Source of the DNA: Eledone cirrhosa
Taxonomy: Eukaryota
DNA length: 64,000 nucleotides
NCBI GenBank assembly: GCA_964016885.1
Contig: OZ024747.1
Span: forward strand, 77,624,001 to 77,688,000
Reading direction: 5' to 3'
In this document: one piece after another, positions 12,627 through 24,267 of the stretch
Layout: each line of letters starts with the position of its first letter
Position numbering within the stretch: position 1 is the first letter of the stretch
Program-made: the position numbers and the translations under genes
The notes under the pieces: generated by a model
What the model was told of the DNA's origin: nothing
The model's database searches: none
What the model saw: the letters and a program-made list of their open reading frames with translations, nothing else

Positions 12627-12987
12627 CAACTGACCATTGCTAAATCTGACCTTTATAAAATAACCCACCCCCCAAATAACTTCTCATTCACTACCAGAAA
12701 GGGACACAGCAGTCAACTTGTTGTTGCTACCTAGATGAAAACTACTATGAAATACCACAATGAATTTTATACTTGAATTTTCAAATCTCAAATTTTAACT
12801 CTTCGTATTATTAATTTTTCTTAATATTAATCAACATTTGAAAAGATGGCTTTTGCAGACCCATCGAAACCGGTCATTTTTTATACCCTTTATTATTTCC
12901 TTACCTTATAAAATTATATGTTTTTTCACAAAAAAGTATTCTGTCTCTTATATATTCCATGTGCCATTACCAACCTCAATTTTCTCT
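12627..12987 (+). repeat. PLE 3' pseudo-LTR (361 bp); inverted copy at 9309-9669
   Basis: Read-through comparison of both copies shows about 3 mismatches. Confidence 0.95.
12832..12882 (+). ncRNA. Minimal type I hammerhead ribozyme candidate, variant core (U3-A8)
   Basis: TTGAAAA-GATGG-cttttgcagac-CCATC-GAAA-CCGGTC. Predicted cleavage after C12875. Palindromic ACCGGT stem III. Lies in a PLE pLTR. Confidence 0.7.
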
Positions 12988-13018
12988 ATAACCTTCGTTT
13001 TGTGTAGAAAATTACACT

Positions 13019-13079
<61 letters not shown>

Positions 13080-13164
13080 ATAAGAAATGTGTTGGGTATA
13101 TAAAAAAAGATATTAGGAAAAAAAAAAAAAGATTGTATTTATTAATTTTTAACATTTTAATTAC

Positions 13165-13453
13165 CTTTCCCACTATTTATACCAAAAATCTCAATTTTGG
13201 GATCCACTTCTCCAGTAAATGGTTGCCCAACAAAAGTTTGGGGGCTATCAGGTGGAGTAGGTACACTTCCCATAACATCATTAATTTCTTCCTCTTCTAA
13301 AAGACCATCATCAGCTTCACCATCAGCATTTTCCCCATTTTCTGCCTCTGCTTCTGCCTCTAGTTGAGCTTCGAATGCTTCCTGTTCAGCTCTCTCACAG
13401 TCGTGGATTCCCACTATTAAACTGTAATCCATCAAGTGTAAACCAGCAAGAAA
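13165..13453 (-). CDS. PIP4K2: PIP4K2 coding exon: FLAGLHLMDYSLIVGIHD...acidic insert...PTPPDSP...FGINSGK
   Basis: Acceptor gtccag, donor gtaatt, 289 bp (phase 1 end). MDYSL catalytic motif and TPPDSP. Confidence 0.96.
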
Positions 13454-13564
13454 CTGGACGGGAAAAAATAGAAAAAACAAACAAGAAAAATCATTTTTTT
13501 TTTCTTCAGCAAAAAACAGAAAAATTAGTTGACGTAAGATTATCCAAAATAGCCATATTAATAA

Positions 13565-14110
13565 TTATTTCTACTTTTGGCACAAGGCCACCAATTATCC
13601 CAGTGTATTACTGGTACTGTATTTTATCAACCCCAAAAGATGAAAGTGAAGGCACGTGGCAGAGTGGTTAGAGAATTGGATTCGCAATTGTGTGGTTGTG
13701 AGTTTGATTCTCGAACCGGGCGATGCGGTATGTCCTTGAGCAAGACACTTTATTTCACATTGATCCTTCTACCAGGAGTTGCGACCAATAGATAGTATTA
13801 GCAATTGGAAAGACCAATAGAAGCATTGTTTCCTTGGTCCGATTTGACGAAAGTCGATCGGCTGTCGAAGGATGAAAGGCAAAATTAACCTCGGCGGGAT
13901 TTGAACTCAGACCATAAAGGGCCGTAACTCTATGCTGCAAAGCATGGTGTCTGACTCTCTACCGATACCGCCAATCCACAGCCATATTAATAATAATAAT
14001 GATTTCTACTATAGGCACAAGGCCAGCAATTTGGAGAGAGGGGAAAGTTGATTAAATCAACCCCAGTGCATTACTGGTACTTTATTTTATTGACCCTGAA
14101 AGCTAACCTC
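13565..14110 (-). mobile_element. Same SINE family (two copies); the first is interrupted by a different SINE at ~13650-13866
   Basis: The host SINE breaks at gatgaaag and resumes at ggatgaaaggcaaaattaacctcgg. Confidence 0.85.
13650..13866 (+). mobile_element. CORE-like tRNA-SINE (second family)
   Basis: tRNA head gtggcagagtggttagag...gagtttgattc, then tgtccttgagcaagacactt. Near-identical copy at 8838-9040. Confidence 0.8.
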
Positions 14111-14207
14111 AGCAGCAGTAGTAACAACAACAACAATGGTATGACCACAGCAGTAGTAACAACAATAACAACAATGCTATGGAAGATGGAGGTGAAATAT
14201 TACTTAC

Positions 14208-14321
14208 TTCAGTATCAGCATTTAGTTTCTTCATGAAGATGTCTTTCTCTGCAGCCCCAATATGTATGATTACACCATCATTGACAAAGTCATTATCTTT
14301 CAAAGTTGGAAGGCCTTTGGC
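14208..14321 (-). CDS. PIP4K2: PIP4K2 coding exon: AKGLPTLKDNDFVNDGVIIHIGAAEKDIFMKKLNADTE
   Basis: Acceptor ttttcag, donor gtaagt, 114 bp. LPTLKDNDF motif. Confidence 0.96.
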
Positions 14322-14484
14322 CTGAAAAGTAAATCAAAGACCCTTAATAATACCACAGAGAAGTACCCTTGTTAGCTTAACTCAATAGTTCATGTAAGAT
14401 AACATATTAAAGGTATCGGCAATATTAGAGAAAACTGCAACTGTACTGAAAACATGGGTGGCGGTGATGGGGGGGGGGGGGGCA

Positions 14485-14960
14485 AACAGAGACAGAAAGA
14501 TAGAAACAGAGAGGGAGGGGAGACAGAAAGATAGAAACAGAGAGGGAGGGGAGACAGAAAGATAGAAACAGAGAGGGAGGGGAGACAGAAAGATAGAAAC
14601 AGAAAGATAGAGAGACAGACAGAGAGGAGGGTAGAGAGACAGACAGAGAGGAGGGTAGAGAGACAGACAGAGAGGAGGGTAGAGAGACAGAGAGGGAGGG
14701 AAGACAAAAAGATAGAGACAGAGGAGGGGTAGGGACAGAGAGGGAGGGGAGACAGACAGAGAGGGAAAGAGACAGAAAGATAGAGACAGATGGAGAGGGG
14801 GGTAGAGAGACAGAGAGGAAGGGGAGACAGAAGGATAAAGACAGAGAGGGAGGGGAGGCAGAAAGATAGAGACAGAGGGGGAGGGGAGACAGAGGGGGAG
14901 GGGAGACAGAAAGATAGAGAGACAGACAGAAAGTTAGAGAGACAGAGAGAGGATAGACAA
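14485..14960. repeat. Polypurine GA-rich low-complexity repeat
   Basis: Direct reading. Confidence 0.9.
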
Positions 14961-15041
14961 AAAGAAAAATACAGTGGTTTGGCTGAAATAATAATTTGAG
15001 ATATGATGCAGTGAAAGGGTTAAAACAGATCAGATACTTAC

Positions 15042-15080
15042 TTTCTCTTTATCACTTGCTTGTCGATCAACAGTAGATCC
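15042..15080 (-). CDS. PIP4K2: PIP4K2 39-bp exon: GSTVDRQASDKEK
   Basis: Acceptor ttccag, donor gtaagt. Completes the DLK|GS motif and matches vertebrate GSTVAREASDKEK. Confidence 0.95.
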
Positions 15081-15686
15081 CTGGAAGAAATAGGTTGACA
15101 CATTTACTTAGGAAATCTATTGGGAATACTTTAAAACAATATATATATATGACACTGGTGCACTTAGAACCACGGATGTCCAAAAGAAAGAAGACTGGAA
15201 ATGTTACAATGAGAGATTGATGAATGTAGAGAATGAACAGGAAAAAGAGAAACTACTCCTAACTTACCCAAAGGAAGGACCAGCTATTGAAGTTGATAGT
15301 TTTAGGGTCCTCACACATTGCTACTCTGTACACAAAACTAAAATGACTAGTGTTAGCCCTGTGTTCACAACTAGTGGAAATCATATTGGTCATGTGGTCA
15401 TGCTTTTCATAATTTTGGCTGGGGTTTACTAGTAGGATTCCCTTCCTATCACCAACCAACAAATGAAGTAATGTTGAGAGAGAGAGAGAGAGAATATGGA
15501 TATAAAAATCCATGATCTTGGCCATAAGATTTCATGTCCACCATTTTGACAAGTGTGAAGGCAGAAGAAAAGGAAGAGGAGAAAGAGAGATAGAAAGAGT
15601 ATGTGCATCATTCCGCATGTTGTAATGAATGATGATGACGAGGGAGAGAGAGAGAGAAGCAAGTATATAATAAATGTATAACCTAC

Positions 15687-15833
15687 CTTAAGATCATACT
15701 TTTTATGGATGGTCAACCTAGGACTGAAGACATTTCTTAAAACAACAAGATAGGTCTCAACATCATTGACTGTAATCCGATACATCCCTAGATATTGGGG
15801 TAACAATGTCTGTGCATGCCTTTCAACAATATA
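15687..15833 (-). CDS. PIP4K2: PIP4K2 coding exon: [49 protein letters not shown]
   Basis: Acceptor ttttcag, donor gtaggt, 147 bp. TLLPQ.LGMYR, RNVFS and KYDLK motifs. Confidence 0.97.
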
Positions 15834-16305
15834 CTGAAAATATAGAGATAGGTAAGAAAACTGTTTTAGTATTTGCTTTTTTTTTTATTCATTTAAAAAA
15901 GGGGGTGGGTTGCTCTTATTTTATCCTACATCTTATATACATATTCCATAGGTTAAACATTTAATTAAGGTGAAAAGAAAAGGTAGACATAGTACAAATG
16001 ATTTAAGTATTCTCTCTTCATTCATAAGCTCCTATATATAGTCTTTCTCCTTTCTCGCTCAATGAGAATATTTTTGCCATTCTAAGGGAGACAAACAGTG
16101 AAGATAAAGAAAATTATCTCAACTTTTATTTTTAGTGTGTGAAAGTAAAACTAGTCGAAAAATATATATTATCTCTATTTGTTTCTTCAGTGGGTCAACA
16201 TAAAATGGTGGTGATGATGCAGTCCCTATTTGCATGGCTTGGGCAATGGAGAGAAATGTCATAGAGAGGTTGAATGACAGGATATAAGAGGCCTCTATAC
16301 CCTGT

Positions 16306-17879
16306 CATCATCATCATCATCATCATCACCGTTTTACGTCCGTTCTTCCACGCTAGCATGGGTTAGACGGGTTGTCCTGTTGTGGGCAGTGTCTGGTCGG
16401 CTGACCATGCCTTGCTCATACAGGAACTGATCTGGCTTGATTTCTACAGCTGGATGCCCTTCCTAACACCAACCTCATTTACAGTGAGTGCTGGGTGCTT
16501 TTTCGTGGCGCCTACACGTCCACTTTACAGTGTGGGCTGGGTGCTTTTTTGCCGTGGCACCTCCACGACCACCTTGCGGTGGGGGGGGGGGGCATATTGT
16601 TTATATGCTTCAGCATGTACCCATGGGAGGTCGGGTACCCTGTATTACTGCGTGACGCCAGAAGTCACGGTCGTGTGTCATTGACTTTGAGAGGTGTAGT
16701 TGGGTAAGGTCGGCTCTTATCACCTCATCCCAAGTCATCTTGGGTCTCCCCACTCCGCGGTTTCCATCAACTTCTAGTGCTCTGCACCTTTTTATGCAGC
16801 TGTCATCCTTCATACGCATCACATGTCCATACCAGCGTAACCGCCTCTCCTGCACGCAGCATTTGATTCCTCTTATGCTCAGTCTCTCTCTCAATTCATT
16901 TATGCTTTGTCGTTCACGTATATTACTGTTACACATCCATCGGAGCATGCAGGCTTCGTTTCTCTCTAATCTACGTAAGTCTTCCACCTTCAGCGCCCAG
17001 GTCTCACTACCATGCAACATCGCTGTTCGGATACACGCATCATACAGTCTGCCTTTCATTCTGAGGGAGAAGCCTTTTGCAGCTAGCAGTGGTAGTAGTT
17101 CCCTAAACTTCTTCCATCCCGTTCTTACCCTAGTTATTGTACTTTCTGAGCACCCACCTCCGTTGCTAATTCGGTCACCTAGGTAGCAGAAGCTGTCTAC
17201 TGTTTCTACAGGGCCCTCCCAGAGATTGGTGGTACTTGTTTCCTGTGGCTGTTTGCTTGCTGTTTCAGCACAGCTGCTGCATGTGAATCCTACATTCTTA
17301 ATTAAGCTTCCTGAGATCCCGCTACATCTCTTGTGTACCCATTGTTTGCATTTGGGGCAAAGAATGGAGTTCCTACCTACACCTTTCCTACATACTGAGC
17401 AAGGCCATTTCCCTGAGGGGATCTGGGTTCTGTTTTCTCGTCTACTTATAAGGACCTTAGTCTTTGTCATGTTGACTTTGAGGCCCTTTCTCTCTAGTCC
17501 CTGCTTCCAGGTTTGGAATTTATTCTCTAGTTCTACCATAGATTCAGCTATGAGTGCGAGGTCATCAGCATACAGGAGTTCCCATGGGCATCCGGTCTTA
17601 AACTCCTCCGTTATTGCCTGCAGGACTATGATGAACAGGAGAGGGCTAAGAACAGAGCCCTGGTGGACCCCAACCTGTACGCTAAATTCCTCGCTATACT
17701 CATTGCCAATCCTAACTTTGCTGACTGCTCCCCTATACATGGCTTGTACCGCTTTCACAAGCCATTCATCTACTCCTAGTTTTCTAAGAGCCCACCAGAT
17801 TACTGCACGTGGAACTCTGTCAAAGGCTTTCTCAAGGTCGACAAATGCCAAGTAGAGTGGCTTACTTTTAGCTAGGTAC
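16306..17879 (-). mobile_element. RTE-clade LINE, 5'-truncated, with open RT C-terminal ORF (16610-17851), 3' UTR and (GAT)n tail
   Basis: AFVDLEKAFD, GVHQGSVLSPLLF, LLYADDL, a Cys-rich insertion (CSVC...CPKC...H.RC...CSSC), LHGSETW and RRLRWYGHV motifs. (CAT)n on + strand at the 3' end. Confidence 0.93.
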
Positions 17880-18613
17880 TAGTATCAGTTTTAATTCAGA
17901 GCAACTGCTCTCCTAGACAGGCAACCTTCTCAACAGCATCTGGAGTCATCGTCAGCATTGTGTAATCTTGTTTTCAGAGTGACTGCTCTCTTAGATGGGT
18001 TGCCTTCCCAGCAGCTTTCAGAGTTCACACCTGCCCTGTATAGATTTATTTCTTCAGAGTTACATGTTCTCCTAGACAAGCTGCCTTCTCTGAAGTTTAC
18101 AGAGCGCACATCTATCCCAATAACTACTGCAATGCTATGGTTAATTCAGTTCACTGTGGCCTATTGATATTTTGCATGAGAGAGGAAGTTTTGTCTCATC
18201 TGTTAAATTTTACAAGGAATAAACTGGCTTGTGGTAAACAAGTATCTATATGATTGTCCCTCCAATGTTATCTCTTCCTATTATTGTGAAGCTGAATTCA
18301 CAAAATCTGGGATTATTTGCTGACTAGGTTAGTGTGTGTTGGGGGGCTTTTATTTTAAGGGCCATTTTTACCTAAAAATAAAAACAAACTATCAAGAGTC
18401 ACAATTTAGTATCAATAAAAGTACATAAAAGAAAATGTGTAATAAAAATGTTAGGTTCCAAACACCAGCTTAATAATGAGAAAGTATGTTTTGAATTACA
18501 AAATCTCAACAAATACTTAATTATTTTCAAAATAAATAAATTAAAAAAATCATAGGCTGTGTCTTTCATTTAAAATATGGTAAATATGGTAATGAAAGGG
18601 TTAAGAATCTTAC

Positions 18614-18763
18614 TGAGTGATACTGTTTCAAAATGTGATGCATCTGTTCAACTTCTTCGCTGACCAATGTCTTGATAAAATATTTCTTGTCTTGTGACAA
18701 AAGCATGCGGGCACCACTACGACCAGGTGAGTCCAGCTCAACAGGCTGCTTCGTCAAGGCATT
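18614..18763 (-). CDS. PIP4K2: PIP4K2 coding exon: NALTKQPVELDSPGRSGARMLLSQDKKYFIKTLVSEEVEQMHHILKQYHS
   Basis: Acceptor tttcag, donor gtaaga, 150 bp. Gly-rich GRSGA loop and IKT catalytic lysine. Confidence 0.97.
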
Positions 18764-18949
18764 CTGAAATAAAACATGAAATTGGTTTGTTTTAGAAAAA
18801 GACACAATACTGAAGTACATAAAACAGTTGAATATTAAGCAGATACACATCTCAATAAACTAGTTGTATTAAATCCTAACGTTCTATATCAATTGAAACC
18901 ACATTACTGCATTACATTATCACATGATTTGTCCACTATCAAATATAGC

Positions 18950-19340
18950 ATCATCATCGTTTTTACATGTTTTTCCATGCTTGTACAGGTTGAATGGGTC
19001 CTTCTCAGGACTGCATCTCTCCGCTCTCTGCGTTCCTTTGTCATCTCCATCTGCGAGTCTCAGCAATTTGAGATCAGCACTCACCACCTCTGTCTAGGTC
19101 TTCCATGGTCTACCTCTACTGCAACTACCTTCAACTGGGAATTACTGGTACTTCTTCACCCAGCGATCATCATCCATGCACATCACATGTCTATATCAAT
19201 GCAGCCTTCTCCCTTCCACACCACTTTGGATTCCTCTTAAATCCAGTTTCTCCCTCAGTTCATCCAAGCTCTGCCTTTCTCTCACATTTATGTTACACAT
19301 CAAACTAAACATGGTTGCTTCATTTCTCTCCAGCCTTTGT
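18950..19340 (-). mobile_element. Degenerate RTE 3' end
   Basis: catcatcatcgttttacatg..ttccatgcttg tail with an eroded coding remnant (ggtcttccatggtctacc). Confidence 0.55.
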
Positions 19341-19887
19341 CCTCTGCAGTCACTGCCTATGTTTTTAGATATTTTCTGCTAAATTGTGACAGAATGTTAA
19401 GAATTAATCAACAATTGTTATCTTTGTCAAACTATACAAAATATATCAAATGGAGAAAGTGAACATAACTTTCTTTTAAGTGTTTCTATATGGCTAAAGT
19501 GGAAAGACAGAAGCTTCCTGGTACGGTCATATACCCTGCCACAACCATCCTTCAGGGCACAGTGGAGAGAGGGCAAAGAGGAGGCAGACAACATCAAAGA
19601 CTGAGACCATTCTACACAAGACAGAGAATAGAGACATTGGTGGCAACTGAGTGCAAGTGTTTAGAATGGCACACCAACAAATTCACCAGTTGCGGGAACA
19701 CGATGACATGACTAAAATAGCTCTTTAACAAAATGATTAATATTAAAACTATTTTTAGCACACATCATCATCCTTTTATGTCTACTTTTCCATGCTTTCA
19801 GGGGTTGGACAGGTTAAACCAAGTACTAATTATTACTTTAATCAGGTGCTGTTGATGCCACTTCAACCAATCAACAAAGTTCAGTAG

Positions 19888-20600
19888 GTTTGGTATTAAA
19901 CCATATCTAGTGTAAAATATAGAGATATGGTATTAGAAGCATATCTGGTGTCAAATATAGAGGTTTGGTCTTGTACCACATCTGGTGTAAAATATAGAGG
20001 TTTGGTCTTGTACCACATCTGGTCAAAATATAGAGATTTAGTATTATACCACAGTTGGTGTAAAATATAGAGATTTGGTATTTTAAGCACATCTGGTGTA
20101 AAATATAGAGATTTGGTATTTTAAGCACATCTGGTGTAAAATATAGAGATATGGTATGAAACCGAATCTGGTGTAAAATATAGATTTAGTATTGTACCAC
20201 ATCTAGAGTAAAATATAGAGATTTGGTATTAAATCACATCTGGTGCAAAATATAGAGATTTGGTATTATACCACATCTGGTGTAATATTCAAAGTGGAAC
20301 CCGTGTAATATTCACCTCCAAAGCACCCCATTTATGTAGAATATTGAAATTGGTGAAAATCAACAAAATATTGACCTCAAATGTAAACCGACTCCTATTT
20401 CACCATCAATTTGTTTTGGACACATATTTCTCGACTTATAAACGAATATATACAGTAGGTATTATACCACAAATAGAAGTTTGGTATTGTACCACATCTG
20501 GTGTAAAATATAAAGATATGGTATTAAACCACATCTGGTGTAAAATATAGAGATATGGTATTGTTCACATCTGGAGATTTGGTATGGTGCTGCATCTGGT
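19888..20600 (+). repeat. ~37-bp diverged tandem repeat (catctggtgtaaaatatagagatttggtattaaacca), interrupted by an insert at ~20285-20457
   Basis: Direct reading. Confidence 0.9.
20285..20457. mobile_element. Tc1/mariner-superfamily (pogo/Tc2-like) transposon end fragment
   Basis: Ends tcgacttataaacgaatatatacagTA. The reverse complement resembles the TA-C(C/T)GTATATACTCG..TATAAGTCGA class of TIRs. Confidence 0.55.
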
Positions 20601-20648
20601 GGAACAACACTGAAATAAATGAAGAACAATTAGAAATAAAGAACTCAC

Positions 20649-20745
20649 CATATAATCAATGTCATCTACACCAAAACGTTCTCGAAGGTTCCGAAACACC
20701 ATAGGGCAGTATTCTTTGACTTTAAAATGACTTGGCATGTTCTCC
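20649..20745 (-). CDS. PIP4K2: PIP4K2 coding exon: (K)[32 protein letters not shown]
   Basis: Acceptor tttctag, donor gtgagt, 97 bp. Completes the split codon aa|g from the previous exon. [19 protein letters not shown] PIPK motif. Confidence 0.97.
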
Positions 20746-21480
20746 CTAGAAACATAATAAAAAGGAATGAATATAGATATATTTAAACACATACATACAT
20801 ATATATATATATATATGTAGGAGGTGAGTTTTATTGTAGTACAATAAAGCAATACAGATATCGGATAAGAAGCACTCTACAGTTTGTAGGACTGGAGTAT
20901 ACATAATATATAATATCAAAAGATGGTTAAAAGAGTTCCATGTATTTTATTATGCGCATTTCAAAAACAAATATCATCATGCAATAACATTTGTGTTTTC
21001 ATCAGATAAAATAGGAAGACATGATATGAAGGTTAAAGAACACTTGTGAATAGTGCAGTTTTAAATCAACATATCATGTAATGTAAATCAACATATCAGA
21101 GTAATGTAAATGCTAAAAGGGTTAAGCTTAATGAAATAGAAATAAAATAATAATTAAAGGTATTAGTTGGCCTCTTATGAGATTGTATTTCATAGGAGGT
21201 TTCTAGGATGTTTAACAATAAAAGCCCCAGTCCTATCGTTTTAAGCCACATGAAATGAAACACAATTCACCACCTGATCCAGATATTGTGCCCATGGCCT
21301 TATAATCATGAATCTAAAACCCTAACCACAAGGCCACTGTAGTCTTCATGAAAAAATATTGATATAGGCTTCATGTCTCTATCAAAATATTTCCATTGTT
21401 AGTTACTATAGTGAGTTGTTTTGTTTTGTTTTTAATGTGTATATAAACATGTGTATATATATATATATACACACACACAC

Positions 21481-21515
<35 letters not shown>

Positions 21516-24267
21516 TTCCAAATGTGAGCAATAATTTTCCGAGTTGCTATCTAATAGTGTGATAAAACTAGAGCACAAACTATCTTCATTAGTAGAATAT
21601 GAAACACACCATGCTATAGAACCCTCGAATATATAAAGATATGTTTCTTTTATTTGCCACCGAATATATAAAGATAGATTGGTAATCAGGGACCAGGGAT
21701 ATTAGCGGGAGATTGGTAATCAGATATATGAGAGGGAAAAACTAGGATTGGTTTAACACACTGCAGAAAAGAGTTGTTTTTTTTTTGTTTGTTTGTTTTA
21801 GTTTTTTTCTTTTGTTTCTTACAGAGCCTGTAACAGTGAAGATTTCCGGCATTCTTAGGCCCCCAGACCACACCCCTACTCATTGCTAATGGAGCACACT
21901 TGGTTGCCCACAGGGGCGAGCCCTACAAGGTAGAGTGCAGTCCTCCAGGGCAATATATTCTCCATCCTGTTGGCCGGGGTTAGGAGGCAGAGGATGAATG
22001 TTCACATATAACATATATACACTCATACACACACTCTTTATATTCAAATGTCAACTATGGCATATGTACAGTGTTTCGCTACATATCCTAGAACAAATCA
22101 ACATCAAAACAAATGGTAGCAACAGCTTCCATAAACAGATATCAAAGAACATGTTCAAATTGTGTTATAGTGGTGCATCAAACAAAAACGTTTTTTTTTT
22201 CTTTTCTTTTTTTCCCGCAAACACCCATGCACTTTGATAACAGAAACAATTTTTTTTTAAGCAGCAAAGGGCCGGTGTACTAAACTAAGGAAAGTTCACA
22301 CATTATTTACAAAGAGCAATATCAAAAATCTTCAGCTCAAGATTTTGCTTCAATTTAAGCCCCATTAGATACTAACCTGCTTGAAACTGCTCCTTGTTCT
22401 ATGGTTTTTATTTTAAAGTATATTTATAATAAAAAGCTTCAAATGTAATTTTATATGAGAGCTTTTTGTTGAGTAATGTTCCAAATGTTAATTTAATAAT
22501 GAAAAAACTTATTTTACTAAATTCTTTGAAAATAGGAATTATTTTCAAAATTAATCGAAAGACAAAGGCAGTGTCCTTCTTTAAGAATTTGGTAACGTAA
22601 GAATCAATGTTGACTTATTATTTAACTCAATTTAACAGAAGTTTTAATGTTCTTTCTATGGCTTCTGGAGGATGATATATATAAACTCAATGGTGAAAGG
22701 CAGAAGTTGAACTTACTAAGGGAGTCGTAGGGGCGCCACACTACAGTGTATCTAGGGTAGATTTTTAAAACCTGACAAAGACCATCTCTTCTTTAGGTCT
22801 GAATACAGCAGATTTCTTCCAGAGAATGACAGAACGAGAGAGAGGAAGTGTGAAAGAGATAGAGAGGAAAAATCTACCCCAGTACTAGACTGGTACTTTT
22901 TTATGACCTCAGTAGGAATTGAACTGAGATAGCCAAGGCCGAAACGAATACTGTAAAACATTCTATACAACTGCCAATTCGTTCGTCCATACTGTTGAAA
23001 AATACTGAAGTTATGTAGAAAGAAAAAATCAAATTCCCTAATTTTATTTAACTTTTGTTTTTGTATGTTGCTTTTCTCAATTTATATTTTTGTTTTATCG
23101 CCATTAAAGAACACTTTGACTGATGGGGGAAAATGAAAACGATTATCTCCCTTAGACCCGATTTATGTATTACAAAAAAAGAAAAAAAAACTATGCTTTA
23201 AATGAAAAGGTGAATCCAAGCAATTGAAATATTCTACTAAAAATATTTGACTATGGAGCAAGAAAATATATCTAGAAATACATTAATATGATTAATTACC
23301 CCTTACCAACATTGCTGGAACATAGCAAATTATGTTCACAAAATTTAGGGAGATTTAAAATTAAAAAAAAAACATATCAAAATGTACTAATATAGCCTTC
23401 TTCTGAAGTTGCTAGTAATAAATCTACTTCCTCACCTTTGCCAGCTAATCTAGAGAGCAATAAAAACATATATTTCCTCGTTAGTTTTTCATTAAAAAAA
23501 AACACAAAAAAAAAAAACATCCACTATTTCCTCAGTACTTCAAAATGTCAATAACAGACATCTGCAACCTATCAAAATTCTACAACCAGGAAAATGAGTT
23601 TATGTCTCTCTCTCTCTCTCCACACACACATGCACATCCTCCCTCTCTCTCTCCACCCTTTCTATCTCACAGCAAACTATTTCGTTTCTTCAATTATTTC
23701 TGAAGACAATAGGAAAATCTAAAAACAACTTTTTTCAAATTAGTTATATTACTCCAACCTATCTCTTTGGCAAACTATTTTAGCTTCTTCAGTTCCTAAA
23801 AACAATAAGTTATTTCAAAACATCATTACCCATGTCTTTATTGAAAAAAATCCTCTTTGTTTCCTTGTGCCTTTTGAAACTAACAAGATATGACCAGAGA
23901 AAATTATTTAACCTGTACCTCCCTAAAAGTGAAGATCACCTCAGTATTGTTTTATGGTGGCTAGTAAACCTGTTAACCTATTATTGTGAAACTAACCAGA
24001 TAAGACCAGAGAAAATTATTTAACCTCTACCTCCCTAAAAGTGAAGATCACCTCAGTATTTTTTTTCTGTGGTTGCTTGAAGATGTCTGCTACTCTTCTC
24101 TCTTTTACTCTAAAGAAATCCTCTAAAACCACTTTATGTATGTAGAAGCTTATGATATTGCTTTCCACATAATCACTCTTCATAACAACATTTTCTTAGC
24201 ATACAAAACTATTTTTAGCGCTTCAAAATCTGCAGTGCAGTTCATATGATAGAGTTTCTATTTCATT

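Larger units (their letters stand above)
9309..13022 (+). mobile_element. Penelope-like retroelement (PLE), 5'-truncated, with inverted 5' pseudo-LTR; Neptune-like architecture
   Basis: RT-C + GIY-YIG ORF at 9721-10731. 9309-9669 is the reverse complement of 12627-12987. About 35 nt extends beyond the 3' copy. Flanked by (GA)n and (TA)n. Confidence 0.9.

Noticed and set aside
16740-17855. + strand ORFs 16740-17186 and 17226-17855 (and 12152-12436)
   Set aside because: Antisense shadows of the RTE reverse transcriptase ORF.
23880-24062. ~70-bp direct duplication at ~110-bp spacing
   Set aside because: Real but only two copies with no other structure. Ordinary local duplication.
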